A stretch of DNA of 64,000 nucleotides from Pseudomonadota bacterium (GTDB lineage: Bacteria > Pseudomonadota > Alphaproteobacteria > Paracaedibacterales > CAIOTO01), in assembly GCA_040387495.1 (NCBI GenBank), contig JAZKDQ010000001.1, positions 1-64,000 of the forward strand, written 5' to 3'. The notes below the pieces were generated by a model. It saw only the letters and a program-made list of their open reading frames with translations. It was not told the DNA's origin and did no database searches. Of this stretch, positions 9,505 to 19,694 are shown piece by piece. The position numbers and the translations under genes were made by a program. Position 1 is the stretch's first letter. Every line of letters starts with the position of its first letter.

Positions 9505-10212
9505 ATGACGCACAAAACACCCACTATCGTTAGTAATTGGAAAATGAACGGCACAGTAGCATTGCTTAATGAAGCCGTGCCTATTTGGCACAAAGCTGCA
9601 TCATACGTGAATTGGGTGTTTTGCCCACCAGCAACCTTGATTTCATATACAAAAGAACATTTTCCAAATGTCGTGCTTGGTGGGCAAGATTGCAGTGCAA
9701 AGGCATACGGTGCATTTACAGGTAACATCAGTGCGGCGCAGCTTGTTGATGTGGGGGCGGCTTACGTCATTGTGGGGCATTCAGAATGCCGGCAGCACAA
9801 TGGTGATACGAATGCAGATGTTGCGGCAAAAGCATGCGCGGCGCAGCATGCGGGGTTGATGCCGATTATTTGTATTGGTGAGTCCGAGGCGACATATGTA
9901 GCAGGTCAAACGTTGGCTTTTTTAAAACAGCAATTGGATGAATCATTAACCAGTGTGCAAGGTGAGTTCTTACTTGCATATGAACCGATTTGGGCAATTG
10001 GCACGGGTAAGACGGCCACCCCTGACGATATTAGGCGTGTCCATTCGTTTTTGCGTGAACAGTTGCCAAGTACACCATTGCTATATGGCGGGTCAGTCAG
10101 CGCGGATAATGCACGTGCAATTTTAGCTGTTGATAACGTTGATGGTGTTTTGGTTGGCGGCGCGAGTTTGAAAGTGGCAGAATTTAAGGCAATTTTAGAG
10201 GCTGGGTGTTGA
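9505..10212 (+). CDS. tpiA: Triosephosphate isomerase
   Basis: NWKMNG, GAFTG, GHSE, AYEPIWAIGTG, YGGSV, VGGASL motifs. Confidence 0.97.
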   Translation: MTHKTPTIVSNWKMNGTVALLNEAVPIWHKAASYVNWVFCPPATLISYTKEHFPNVVLGGQDCSAKAYGAFTGNISAAQLVDVGAAYVIVGHSECRQHNGDTNADVAAKACAAQHAGLMPIICIGESEATYVAGQTLAFLKQQLDESLTSVQGEFLLAYEPIWAIGTGKTATPDDIRRVHSFLREQLPSTPLLYGGSVSADNARAILAVDNVDGVLVGGASLKVAEFKAILEAGC

Positions 10213-10253
10213 TGAGGGGCAGCAACCCCCTCCTCAGGCTTATATCTTGATTA

Positions 10254-10736
10254 TCAGCACCCTGCTGTGTTTGTTACGTCATAAGAGGATGGATAAGCTT
10301 TGTTTGAATTTGTCAGCAAGGGCGTTTTAGGTTCTGTATAAAGAGAACGTACAACATCAAGTGTTTCAGACGTAACACCTTGCTTTTCTATATTTTTTAA
10401 CAAGGTATTGAGTTGATCTAAGGATTTTTCTTTTAAAAGTTCTTTCACTACAATATTTTGCTGCTCGATTTTTGTTAATGGAACTTCTACATGATAGGTC
10501 CTTTTGCTTGCATAAACGAAAGATGGTTGTTCATAGGCAATGAATGATCCTTTTGCTGTGAATGGCTGAGCAGTTCTTAGTGCTTTTTGCGCAATATGTG
10601 ATCCTTCATTTAAAAATGTACTTAACATCGCTGATGCAGACGTCGATATGCAGGCAACGACAAAGACGCATGAAATTATTTTCTTGCTGTAGTTTGTTGT
10701 TTTGTTCGTTGTTTTTGTTTGATTATTCTGATTCAT
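10254..10736 (-). CDS. Hypothetical secreted protein
   Basis: ATG 10736 after AAAGGA; signal KKIISCVFVVACISTSASA; no recognisable domain. Confidence 0.65.
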   Translation of the reverse strand: MNQNNQTKTTNKTTNYSKKIISCVFVVACISTSASAMLSTFLNEGSHIAQKALRTAQPFTAKGSFIAYEQPSFVYASKRTYHVEVPLTKIEQQNIVVKELLKEKSLDQLNTLLKNIEKQGVTSETLDVVRSLYTEPKTPLLTNSNKAYPSSYDVTNTAGC

Positions 10737-11041
10737 AATGAATGATCCTTTGCGAGTAAATTTACTTTCCAAACATTATTAAATTAATTTTAAATTAATT
10801 TCAATCTAATTTATTCATAATCGAGTAAGTTTTTACCGAAATGCTTAGTCCACAAAGGTCGCTTACTGCTTAGACCCTTTTAAGTTCTCTCACTATAAAT
10901 GGTGTTTTTTTCGAGTTGCAATAGTTTTGGAGTTTCATGATTTTGCAGTCATTTTGAAACTTTAGTTTGTTTTTATGTGAAAAATTCATTTAAAATTAAC
11001 GGTATCTGTGATTCAATAATATTTAAGTGAGTATGCCCATA

Positions 11042-11079
11042 ACGTATATCTGTATGCATTACGTATATCTGTATGCATT
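11042..11079. repeat. Perfect 19-bp tandem duplication
   Basis: acgtatatctgtatgcatt twice. Confidence 0.95.
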
Positions 11080-11157
11080 CATTTTTCCTGCATGTAATAG
11101 GAGCCATGAAAAATCAACAGATTCGTTGGGGATGGTATATCAAGGTGAATGCATTGC

Positions 11158-12327
11158 ATGTATAAAAAGTTATACTATTTGGGTGTTGTCATATCATGTG
11201 CTGTGCACGCTACCGAGTATTCAAATAAACGCATGAGAGAGCAACCTCTTGATGTAATATCTTCTTTACAGTGCGTTGATAAGGAAAATACGTACAATCC
11301 TGGTATACCGAAAGATCTTCATCAATTTGAACATTCTGAATGTGTTCCTCTTCTGAGGAAAGAAACAGAAAGATCTACGTCTGAAGATTTTTCTTTGACA
11401 CGAACGGAAACATTATTTGACACACAATCTGAATCCTTAACAGGTGTTGATTTGATGTCGTCTGGCAAGGTAACTGAAAGCAATAATTCCTTTTTATGGA
11501 TAGACGTTTCGACTGATTCTGCTGGTGTTCAACTGTTTCCTGTGGTTGAGGTTACGTCCATGTTTGCGAGTCCAAAGCCTTCTGAATCGATTGTGCGATA
11601 TGACCCAAAATTAAAAGATTATCTTTCAGGAAAGACCATAAATTCGCTTGGCATTTTTAAAGTTCTTAAGGTATTACGGTCGCAGCCAGGTATGAATGTT
11701 CATGAATTTAATATGATTTTACATGCTGTATTTATGAGGTCGATTGAGATTTGTGCCGATGCTGAGTGTAAGAATTATGTGGAGCAAGGATTAAATGAGA
11801 CATTAAGCTATGCAATTTTGAATAACTTTGCGTTACCGATAGACGTACTGCAAAAAGCCTTTAATTTTGGCGCGGAACGTGTGGATAATAATGGCATTAG
11901 TCAACTCAGGAATGGTTCGTTAGCAGAATTTATATTTATCAAATATCATGCAAAGCTGTCATTTGAATCAATATGCAGTGCTTTAAAATGTGCAATTTTA
12001 ACGCCGGAGGATTATGTGAGCGAGACACTGCCCCTTTGCATTATACATCATTATTGGGATAAATTTGACAGTCAATATATTCAACACGTTTTCCCCTTTA
12101 TACAAAAAGTTAGCGTGGCAAGCGTTGTGTATGACCTTGCGAAAAAGCGTAATATACAGGTTGATATGATGGGTTTGCGTTTGAAAAAAATGCCATTAGG
12201 GGAAGATAATTTGCAAGCTATTAAAAATAATAGCTATTTTTTTGTTTGGAGCATGTTAAATAATCTTCAAAATAGATTGAATTCAGATGTATTTGATAGA
12301 TTAAATCAAAGCTTTAATGCCATTTGA
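11158..12327 (+). CDS. Hypothetical secreted protein
   Basis: ~390-aa ORF with signal MYKKLYYLGVVISCAVHA, a Ser/Thr/Glu-rich N-terminal third and a likely helical remainder. Confidence 0.7.
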   Translation: MYKKLYYLGVVISCAVHATEYSNKRMREQPLDVISSLQCVDKENTYNPGIPKDLHQFEHSECVPLLRKETERSTSEDFSLTRTETLFDTQSESLTGVDLMSSGKVTESNNSFLWIDVSTDSAGVQLFPVVEVTSMFASPKPSESIVRYDPKLKDYLSGKTINSLGIFKVLKVLRSQPGMNVHEFNMILHAVFMRSIEICADAECKNYVEQGLNETLSYAILNNFALPIDVLQKAFNFGAERVDNNGISQLRNGSLAEFIFIKYHAKLSFESICSALKCAILTPEDYVSETLPLCIIHHYWDKFDSQYIQHVFPFIQKVSVASVVYDLAKKRNIQVDMMGLRLKKMPLGEDNLQAIKNNSYFFVWSMLNNLQNRLNSDVFDRLNQSFNAI

Positions 12328-12457
12328 CGTAATTTTTCATGTTATTTTTTGCTTTAGACTTAAATTCCTTATTCTGTTTTATCGTGCTCAATCCAAATCT
12401 AAGGATTGTCAGATTAAAATATGTTATAACGATAATTAAAAGAGGATCCACTTCGTT

Positions 12458-12955
12458 ATGTTAACAAATGAGCCAACAGAATCACTAAATCATTACGAAC
12501 AGGTTTTGAAATATTGGTCTGTTATCGAAACGCTTAATCCACAAAGTGCGCCTAAAAGCAGCACTATGGAGGATCATGCGCGCTCGTATGTGATTAAAGA
12601 CGAGAATGATCAGCTGCCATGGCATTCTGAACATAAACATCAAACAATTGTCGTCACTGAACGAAACAAATGGGTGTACACGTTGTATGCGGGGGATTCC
12701 TTATTAGAAGATTCTTTTGCAACGATTATGAAAACCTTTAAATCGCGTGCGAAGTCGTATGCGGGTGTTTCAAAAGAAGTCTTCAGCCTGTTTAGTTTTG
12801 CGGTTGATCATTTTGGGCGACTGCAGTCGGATTCAGTTATTATATCGTCTTATGCCTGGGCGATTTTAGCTATTGATAACGTTGATGGTGTTTTGGCCGG
12901 TGGTGCCAGTTTGAAAACCGAAGGTTTTAGGGCTATTTTGCTCTCTGCAGTGTAA
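12458..12955 (+). pseudogene. Chimeric ORF: copy of helicase 5' end (12458-12861) fused in frame to a copy of the tpiA 3' end (12860-12955)
   Basis: First 404 nt align without gaps to 14474-14877; last 96 nt align to 10117-10212 (AILAIDNVDGVLAGGASLK vs AILAVDNVDGVLVGGASLK). Confidence 0.9.
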
Positions 12956-13100
12956 GTGAACAATCTTCTCTGCCAAATCTAAGTGCGATTGTAGATAGTT
13001 TATTTAAATTAGACGAAATATTTCTATGTTTTTTTTCTGTTGAAATAAATAGAAATAATGTTTATTGTTATTATTAAATAATTAATTTGATGGGCTTGAC

Positions 13101-14354
13101 GTGAAATACTTTTTGTTGTTATTAGCAATATTTTCTTTTAATTTGCATTCCGGAGAAGAAGATCTTGCAAGATTGCCGGTTATATCTCCTTTAGGAGGCT
13201 CTGCGCGTATTGATTTCCCGCAGGAAGAATTGGAGGAAGTGGAGGCGGTTGGAGGGAATTTTTCATTGGATAACGGAATGGAAGCATTTCTTCCCTTTCC
13301 TTACAGGTCTTTGTCGCCTGAGCAACTAAGAAAAACAACTTTTGTTCATGAGAGATTTTATACTGTTTTAATGGGTGAAGTGGAGCCAGAATTCGCAATA
13401 GTTGGCCCCTTAAGCCCTTGTGTTTTTGTAGGTATAAGGAACAACGTGAATGCAAGAGTTGTCATTTTTCACAAAATGGTAGTAAGTAGCGTTGCATCTC
13501 TGATAGAAATTGCCCAGCAAGAGTTAGATGTTACTGACCCAAGTGCTATTTATGTGCGTATTTTTGCTAATAAATTAGAAGGTTATGAAGATCCTTTATG
13601 GGGGATTGAAGGAAGATCTTGGCAGGAGCTTCACGAGGGAAGAAGTCAAATAGAAGAATTGAAATTTATCAGAGAAGGTCTGTTAAAAGCCTTTGGACTT
13701 GGCAGAGATCAGTTGAAAACTCAGTTTCACACCAGTCCACATAAACGTTATATGGTTAATGGTTTTCAAAATGATCTTGGTGACTATGTGACTGCAAATT
13801 TGTGTGTCTGTGTTAATAGCAGCCTGGATTTACACAGTATTTGTTTTGTGAAAGAGAATTATTTTTTAGGTGAGGAGAGCCCGGTTCCATCCTATTTTAG
13901 GGAAATAAGTAATAAAATAATGCCTGAGCTAATTCCTCTTCCTGATGCAATGAAGAAGCAAGCTATACGTATACTTATTGGGATGGATAAATCTCACGGC
14001 ACTAGTTTTTCTAGTCTTTATATAAGAGGGCTTGGGGCTAATATTCCTGCAATAAAAACTATGCTGGCGAGCAATGTAAGTGCTAAACACCTTGACTATT
14101 TACTTAAAATATTTTCTACATCGAGCGAGTGTTCTAGTGCAGGTTGTAATTCAATTCCCTTTAAGAAAACTCCTTCAAAGATGGAATTGGAAGAAATTAT
14201 TGTATACGTTAATACATTCCCCAGTGAAGTGAAAAAAATATTCCCAGCGGGAGTAGTAGGAAGTCCTGAGAACCGAAAGAAGATTGCTGAACAGTATAAA
14301 AATCTGAGTCGTGACGAATTTACTGCGTGGATTAGCTCATTTTATAGAAATTGA
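13101..14354 (+). CDS. Hypothetical secreted protein, possible CNF1/CheD/YfiH-fold Cys-His hydrolase
   Basis: GTG start, signal MKYFLLLLAIFSFNLHS; motif IVGPLSPCVFVGIRNN...VVIFH. Confidence 0.65.
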   Translation: MKYFLLLLAIFSFNLHSGEEDLARLPVISPLGGSARIDFPQEELEEVEAVGGNFSLDNGMEAFLPFPYRSLSPEQLRKTTFVHERFYTVLMGEVEPEFAIVGPLSPCVFVGIRNNVNARVVIFHKMVVSSVASLIEIAQQELDVTDPSAIYVRIFANKLEGYEDPLWGIEGRSWQELHEGRSQIEELKFIREGLLKAFGLGRDQLKTQFHTSPHKRYMVNGFQNDLGDYVTANLCVCVNSSLDLHSICFVKENYFLGEESPVPSYFREISNKIMPELIPLPDAMKKQAIRILIGMDKSHGTSFSSLYIRGLGANIPAIKTMLASNVSAKHLDYLLKIFSTSSECSSAGCNSIPFKKTPSKMELEEIIVYVNTFPSEVKKIFPAGVVGSPENRKKIAEQYKNLSRDEFTAWISSFYRN

Positions 14355-14473
14355 TTCATTGCCGAGCACAAATGACAGTAAAAAAGTGACGGGTAGCATG
14401 GTGGTGATGTTTAAACAATGCTACAAACTATGCTACATTATAGTAAATCGCTATTTTGAATTTAAAGTTATTT

Positions 14474-17449
14474 ATGCCAACAAAAGAACCTGCAGAATCA
14501 ATAAATCATTATGAACAGGTTTTGAAATATTGGTCTGTCATTGAAACGCTTAATCCACAAGGTGTGCCTAAAGGCAGTGCTATGGATGATCATGCGCGCT
14601 CGTATGTGATCAAAGACGAGAAGGATCAACTGCCATGGCATCCTGAACATAAACATCAAGCGATCGTAGTCACTGAACGAAACAAATGGGTGTACACGTT
14701 GTATGCGGGGGATTCCTTATTAGAAGATTCTTTTGCAACGATTATGAAAACCTTTAAATCGCGTGCGAAGTCGTATGCGGGTGTTTCAAAAGAAGTTTTT
14801 AGCTTATTTAGTTTTGCGGTTGATCATTTTGGACGGCTGCAGTCGGATTCAGTCATTGTATCGTCTTATGCCTGGGCATTAGGTGTGATTGAGTCGTACG
14901 AGTCTGAAAGTTATGCACGTCTCGATGGTTTTCATGATGCTGAAGAAGCCATTGCGCGCGAGCTTAAAGATTTTCTATCCACAACATTTTCATCCAGTAA
15001 TCTTGTCGCTCCAGATACAAATTCGCAGCGGCGTCAGGCTCCTGAAATTGTAGAGCCTGTAACGATGGCGCAGTTGTTTGCTCTGTATGATTTTATGTGT
15101 GATAAGTTGAGTTTACCGCGTTTTAAAGAGGAGAGAACATTAACCGTTAAAGCGCAACTGCTATCTGAGGAATCTGGCTATCCTGAATCATCAGGAATTT
15201 TGAATAGTTTTCTTCTTGATGACTTAACTCGATTGCAAGAAGAAGCGGCTGCGCATAATTTATCTGAAGCCGCAAAGCAGTATCTGTCAGATGAAATAGA
15301 TTATGATGCGCGCGTCGATATTAGGCAAACTAGTTCAGCGTTTATGGATGTTTTTGCTCCGGTTAATTACCCGCGAGGATGTTGGCCAAATAAGGGTGGA
15401 CATCCGCTGGTGTTTAGCCAACAATTTGCTGTGAATTCTTTTTTTAAAGAACGCACAACTGAGGATGGTTTGTTTTCAGTGAATGGCCCGCCAGGTACGG
15501 GTAAAACGACGCTGCTTCGCGATGTGATTGCCAATATCATTGTTGAACGCGCGTGTTGTTTAGCCGAGTTTAAAGCACCCGGTGATGCGTTTAGTCGAAC
15601 GATTGTTAAAAAATCGGATGGTAAGGAATCGCTTGTCTATCGACTTGAAAAGTCATTGCATGGATTTGAAATTGTTGTGGCATCAAGTAACAATGCTGCC
15701 GTTGAAAATATCACGCTTGAAATACCGGGCATTGATGCGGTTGATTCATCTATTTTGGGAGAGGCTGATTACTTTAGACCCTGGGCAGAGCGTTTGCTTA
15801 ATGAGAAAGCATGGGGATTGATCGCCGGACGGCTTGGTAATAAATATAACCGTGATGCATTTATTAAGAATTTTTGGCTTGATGTTGTTGTTCAAGAAGA
15901 TTCTTATGTGAATTTGTCAAAATTAATTGCTGAAAAGCAAGATGATGGTAAAGGTTTTGAAGGCTATTTAAGGGCGCACTCACAGACATCCTTAACCCCA
16001 ACGCTGGATGATGAAACGGGCACGGACGGTCAAACCACAAATCAATTAAAAGCCTGGAATGATGCAGTGGCCGCTTTTAATGCTGCGCTTGCAAAGGAAA
16101 GTCAGCTTCGTCAAATAAGCCAAGATGTTTATACGATTTATAAGGACATGATCCCCTTAAAAAGAGAGCTTGCCGCAATTGAACGTGCTATGACGAGCGT
16201 AACAGATCAGCAAACAGCAACAGGGTTAAAGGATAAGCTAGAAGAAATTCGAAACGCTATCCGTGTTCATGAGAAAAAGATCCCCGCTGATTTTGATAAA
16301 AGCATTGTGCCTGATTTCTTAAAGCAGAGTCATCCACACATTGAAACCCAAGAGTGTTCATCGCCTTGGATGGATGCTGGGTGGTATCAGGCACGGGTGA
16401 ATGTCTTTTTGGCAGCCCTTAATGTGCATCGTACCTTTGTGCTGGCAAATGCGTGTGTTTTCCGCATGAACTTGAAACAATTTATGTTCATGCTTGCTGG
16501 CGATGGATCATTAGGGGATGAAGCTAAGCATTTATGGGGCACATTGTTTTTATTAATTCCAGTCATATCAACAACATTTGCATCGTTTGCACGGTTATTT
16601 GCGGATATGGATAAAGAAAGCCTTGGTTGGGTGTTGATTGATGAGGCGGGACAGGCGTTGCCGCAAGCAGCAATAGGCAGTCTTTGGCGTGCAAAACGAG
16701 CATTGTTAGTGGGTGATCCACTTCAGCTTGAACCAGTGATTATCTTGGATGAGAAAATCCAAACAACGATGGCTAGCTTTGCCCACATTGCAAAAAAATG
16801 GGTGCCAGGCTTTAATTCAGCGCAAGAGCTGGCTGATCGGGTAGGGCGCCTTGGTACAGATGTGGATGATACCTGGGTTGGTGTGCCACTGCGCGTGCAT
16901 CGTCGTTGTGATTCGTTGATGTTTCAGATATCAAATGCCATGGCGTATGATAATATGATGGTGTTTGGAACCCCAAAACGGCCTGAGCTAACATTGCCCG
17001 CATCCCAATGGTTTCACGTGGATAGCAGCTATTCTAAAGGTAATTGGATCGAGGAAGAAGGGCACATTCTAGAGACATTGTTGACCAGCTTGGAAAAGGC
17101 AGGTGTCGATATGAAAGATGTATTTCTAATTTCGCCATTCACCGATGTAATTTACAACACGCGCGGTCTTAAAAAACGCTATGGCATTAAGTCGGGCACG
17201 ATTCATTCGGTGCAGGGTAAAGAAAATCAGATTGTGATTTTGGTACTGGGCGGCAGGCCGCAAGTGCTAGGTGCACGGCTTTGGGCAACTCGCAGGCCGA
17301 ACTTGCTGAACGTGGCAGTGACACGTGCCAAACGTCGTTTGTATGTGATTGGGAATAAACGTTTGTGGTCACAATTGCCCAATGCCCGGGTGATCGCACG
17401 GGTGTTGGGGCAGGGTGATGGCTTGAGCGTAGAATTAGTATCACCATAA
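14474..17449 (+). CDS. Superfamily 1 helicase, Upf1/DNA2/NAM7-like (AAA_11/AAA_12)
   Basis: GPPGTGKTT, ASSNNAAVEN, IDEAGQ, VGDPLQLEP, LRVHRRC, HSVQGKE, NVAVTRAK. Start ATG 14474 supported by the duplicate copy starting at the same codon. Confidence 0.92.
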   Translation: MPTKEPAESINHYEQVLKYWSVIETLNPQGVPKGSAMDDHARSYVIKDEKDQLPWHPEHKHQAIVVTERNKWVYTLYAGDSLLEDSFATIMKTFKSRAKSYAGVSKEVFSLFSFAVDHFGRLQSDSVIVSSYAWALGVIESYESESYARLDGFHDAEEAIARELKDFLSTTFSSSNLVAPDTNSQRRQAPEIVEPVTMAQLFALYDFMCDKLSLPRFKEERTLTVKAQLLSEESGYPESSGILNSFLLDDLTRLQEEAAAHNLSEAAKQYLSDEIDYDARVDIRQTSSAFMDVFAPVNYPRGCWPNKGGHPLVFSQQFAVNSFFKERTTEDGLFSVNGPPGTGKTTLLRDVIANIIVERACCLAEFKAPGDAFSRTIVKKSDGKESLVYRLEKSLHGFEIVVASSNNAAVENITLEIPGIDAVDSSILGEADYFRPWAERLLNEKAWGLIAGRLGNKYNRDAFIKNFWLDVVVQEDSYVNLSKLIAEKQDDGKGFEGYLRAHSQTSLTPTLDDETGTDGQTTNQLKAWNDAVAAFNAALAKESQLRQISQDVYTIYKDMIPLKRELAAIERAMTSVTDQQTATGLKDKLEEIRNAIRVHEKKIPADFDKSIVPDFLKQSHPHIETQECSSPWMDAGWYQARVNVFLAALNVHRTFVLANACVFRMNLKQFMFMLAGDGSLGDEAKHLWGTLFLLIPVISTTFASFARLFADMDKESLGWVLIDEAGQALPQAAIGSLWRAKRALLVGDPLQLEPVIILDEKIQTTMASFAHIAKKWVPGFNSAQELADRVGRLGTDVDDTWVGVPLRVHRRCDSLMFQISNAMAYDNMMVFGTPKRPELTLPASQWFHVDSSYSKGNWIEEEGHILETLLTSLEKAGVDMKDVFLISPFTDVIYNTRGLKKRYGIKSGTIHSVQGKENQIVILVLGGRPQVLGARLWATRRPNLLNVAVTRAKRRLYVIGNKRLWSQLPNARVIARVLGQGDGLSVELVSP

Positions 17450-17499
17450 TAAATCTCTTTTAATTCTTTATTGCATTTTAATCTTCATTTCAGCAAACT

Positions 17500-17709
17500 G
17501 TCCGTGTTTGATAAAGATTAAATACGAAGCATATGTCCCAGATAGTACCGTTTGTCACCGGTGCAGGAAAAGAGTTTTTAGCACGCTTCATTCACCATGA
17601 AATTGATCATCTTCATGGTGTATTGTTTATGGACATAGCAAAAAAAATTATACCCATTGCTGAATATCGTCAGATGCGTGATAAGGCGGTTGCACGGGGT
17701 TATCGTTAG
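17500..17709 (+). pseudogene. def: Peptide deformylase C-terminal remnant
   Basis: 17533-17709 encodes ...EFLARFIHHEIDHLHGVLFMD (HExDH metal motif). An upstream piece, KIKYEAYVPD, is in another frame. GxGxAAxQ and EGCLS motifs not found. Confidence 0.8.
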
Positions 17710-17720
17710 AAAGAAAATTT

Positions 17721-18398
17721 ATGTTTACATCCATACCTAAAGCTATTCTTTTTGATTGGGATAATACGCTTGTAGATACCTGGCCTCTCATCCATGGTGG
17801 AATGTGCGCTGTATTTGAAAATCGTGGGCTTACCCCTTGGACTTTGCAGCAAACAAAAGAGAGATGCCATGAGTCTGCACGGGATGCCTTTCCAAAGCTT
17901 TTTCCAGATGACTGGCAATCGGCAATGGATGATTTCTATAAGCATGTACGAGCGGAGCATGTGTCAGAGATTGCTTTGTTACCGTTTGCACGTGAATTGA
18001 TTGAACATCTGGCTACATTGGATGTTCTACTTGGTGTTGTTAGCAATAAAACAAAAGATATATTGGTAAAAGAGATCGAACATTTAGGTTTTTCTGAGCA
18101 TTTTGGTGTCATTGTGGGGTCTGGTGACGCGGTACGTGATAAGCCTGATGCTGCACCGTTATTATTGGCGCTTGATCAATTAAATGTGCTGCCATCGATG
18201 GATGTTTGGATGATTGGTGATACGCCTGCTGATTGGAGCTCCGCAAAGGCTGCAGGTGTGCGTGCAATTGGTGTCGGAGGGGTAGGTATGCCCGAGGGTG
18301 ATAGTATGCCAGATGTAATGTTTCTGGATTTAAATCCGATTTGTAATGTGTTGAATGATTTTTCTTCGGTTTCTTTTCTTAAAACAAAGATTTCTTAA
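17721..18398 (+). CDS. HAD-family hydrolase (phosphoglycolate phosphatase-like)
   Basis: FDWDNTLVDT, VVSNK, KPD, MIGDTPAD motifs. Confidence 0.92.
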   Translation: MFTSIPKAILFDWDNTLVDTWPLIHGGMCAVFENRGLTPWTLQQTKERCHESARDAFPKLFPDDWQSAMDDFYKHVRAEHVSEIALLPFARELIEHLATLDVLLGVVSNKTKDILVKEIEHLGFSEHFGVIVGSGDAVRDKPDAAPLLLALDQLNVLPSMDVWMIGDTPADWSSAKAAGVRAIGVGGVGMPEGDSMPDVMFLDLNPICNVLNDFSSVSFLKTKIS

Positions 18399-18711
18399 AA
18401 TATATCTTGCTTAGGCATCTTATATTTCCCGCAATTTTGATAAAATTTTTAGTAGCTTTTGTATGTTTTAAAAGTTTATTGTGGTTGGTAGAGTGCATGG
18501 TATTCGTGATGCAAACTGACGAGCAGTATAGAGCAAGAAAATATACTTAACCTTTGGATAAAGAATTGCTGTAGGGTGTTATCCTCTTTTTCATTCTATG
18601 TAGAATATAAATAAAGTATTTTTAACTATTACATTTCTTGTATTTTTGTGATCTAATTGAATATATGTTGTTTCGAACAGTAAAAATATTATTATTTTTT
18701 GGAGTTTTTTA

Positions 18712-19338
18712 ATGCGAGAGAATGAATGTGGCGCCTCTGTTCCCAAACCATTGGGGTTTCATGTTGAGCTGCTAGCGGGATCTGCCATCGAGCCTTATAT
18801 TGAGAAGATGACTGAATTTCGGTTGAAATATTTTCGGGTGTATCCTTACCTATGTGAGGGAACGAGGGAAGAAGAGATGACGTCTGTAAGGCGCTATATT
18901 GATTCGGCTTCTGGACATATTTTAGTATTAAAAGATGAAAATGACAATTTTGGCGGTTTTCTTACGGGCATTAGTATATTGGAATCCAGCTATTCCTCTG
19001 AGTTTAGTGCGGTCTTACCGTGCCCAGAAAAAGCATTTTATATAGGGGAATTGATTTTTGCAGAATCCTTTAGAGGCAGAGATGGCATTCAAAAATGTTT
19101 AGAGTATTTTCATCTTATTAAGGAAATGGGATACGAAAGCGTATGTTGTATTACCGTGCAGCGTGCAGAGGATCATCCATTAAAACCTGATAAATACCGG
19201 GATGTATCAGTCTTGTGTAAAGTATTGGGGTTTAAGAAAATTGAACAAACAATTACCATTTCGTGGCCTGTGATTCAAAGTGATGGGATTGCCTTGCCTA
19301 TGGGCAATATTATGAATATTTGGGTGAGAGATTTGTAG
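18712..19338 (+). CDS. Putative GNAT-family acetyltransferase
   Basis: FRxYPYL, FYIGELIFAESFRGRDG (motif A-like), HPLKP, LGFKK. Confidence 0.65.
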   Translation: MRENECGASVPKPLGFHVELLAGSAIEPYIEKMTEFRLKYFRVYPYLCEGTREEEMTSVRRYIDSASGHILVLKDENDNFGGFLTGISILESSYSSEFSAVLPCPEKAFYIGELIFAESFRGRDGIQKCLEYFHLIKEMGYESVCCITVQRAEDHPLKPDKYRDVSVLCKVLGFKKIEQTITISWPVIQSDGIALPMGNIMNIWVRDL

Positions 19339-19458
19339 AGCACCACGCCTTACTCATTATTTTACGAAGTTAGTGTGTAAAAAATAAAACAATTGCCTTG
19401 CCTTGATGCTCTTTTCTAAGCTATAGTTCTAACAAAGTTTTTATGTGAAGAAGTAATT

Positions 19459-19692
19459 ATGAAAGAAGGAATTCACCCAGATTATCACGGCATTACTGTC
19501 GTCTTGACTGATGGGACATCATTTAATACACGTACAACATGGGGCAAAGAAGGCGATACTATGCGTCTTGATATTGATCCATTGTCACACCCAGCATGGA
19601 CAGGCGCTAACCATCGTTTGATGGATACAGCTGGTCAATTAAGCAAGTTCGGTAAGCGTTATCAAAACTTCGGTTTGGCTGCTAAGGAATAA
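19459..19692 (+). CDS. rpmE: 50S ribosomal protein L31 (Cys-less alphaproteobacterial type)
   Basis: [10 protein letters not shown]...[13 protein letters not shown]. Confidence 0.97.
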   Translation: MKEGIHPDYHGITVVLTDGTSFNTRTTWGKEGDTMRLDIDPLSHPAWTGANHRLMDTAGQLSKFGKRYQNFGLAAKE

Positions 19693-19694
19693 CA

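Noticed and set aside
10539..10753. Short direct repeat aatgaatgatccttt inside and just upstream of the 10254-10736 gene
   Set aside because: Only 15 bp in AT-rich DNA; no mechanism supportable.
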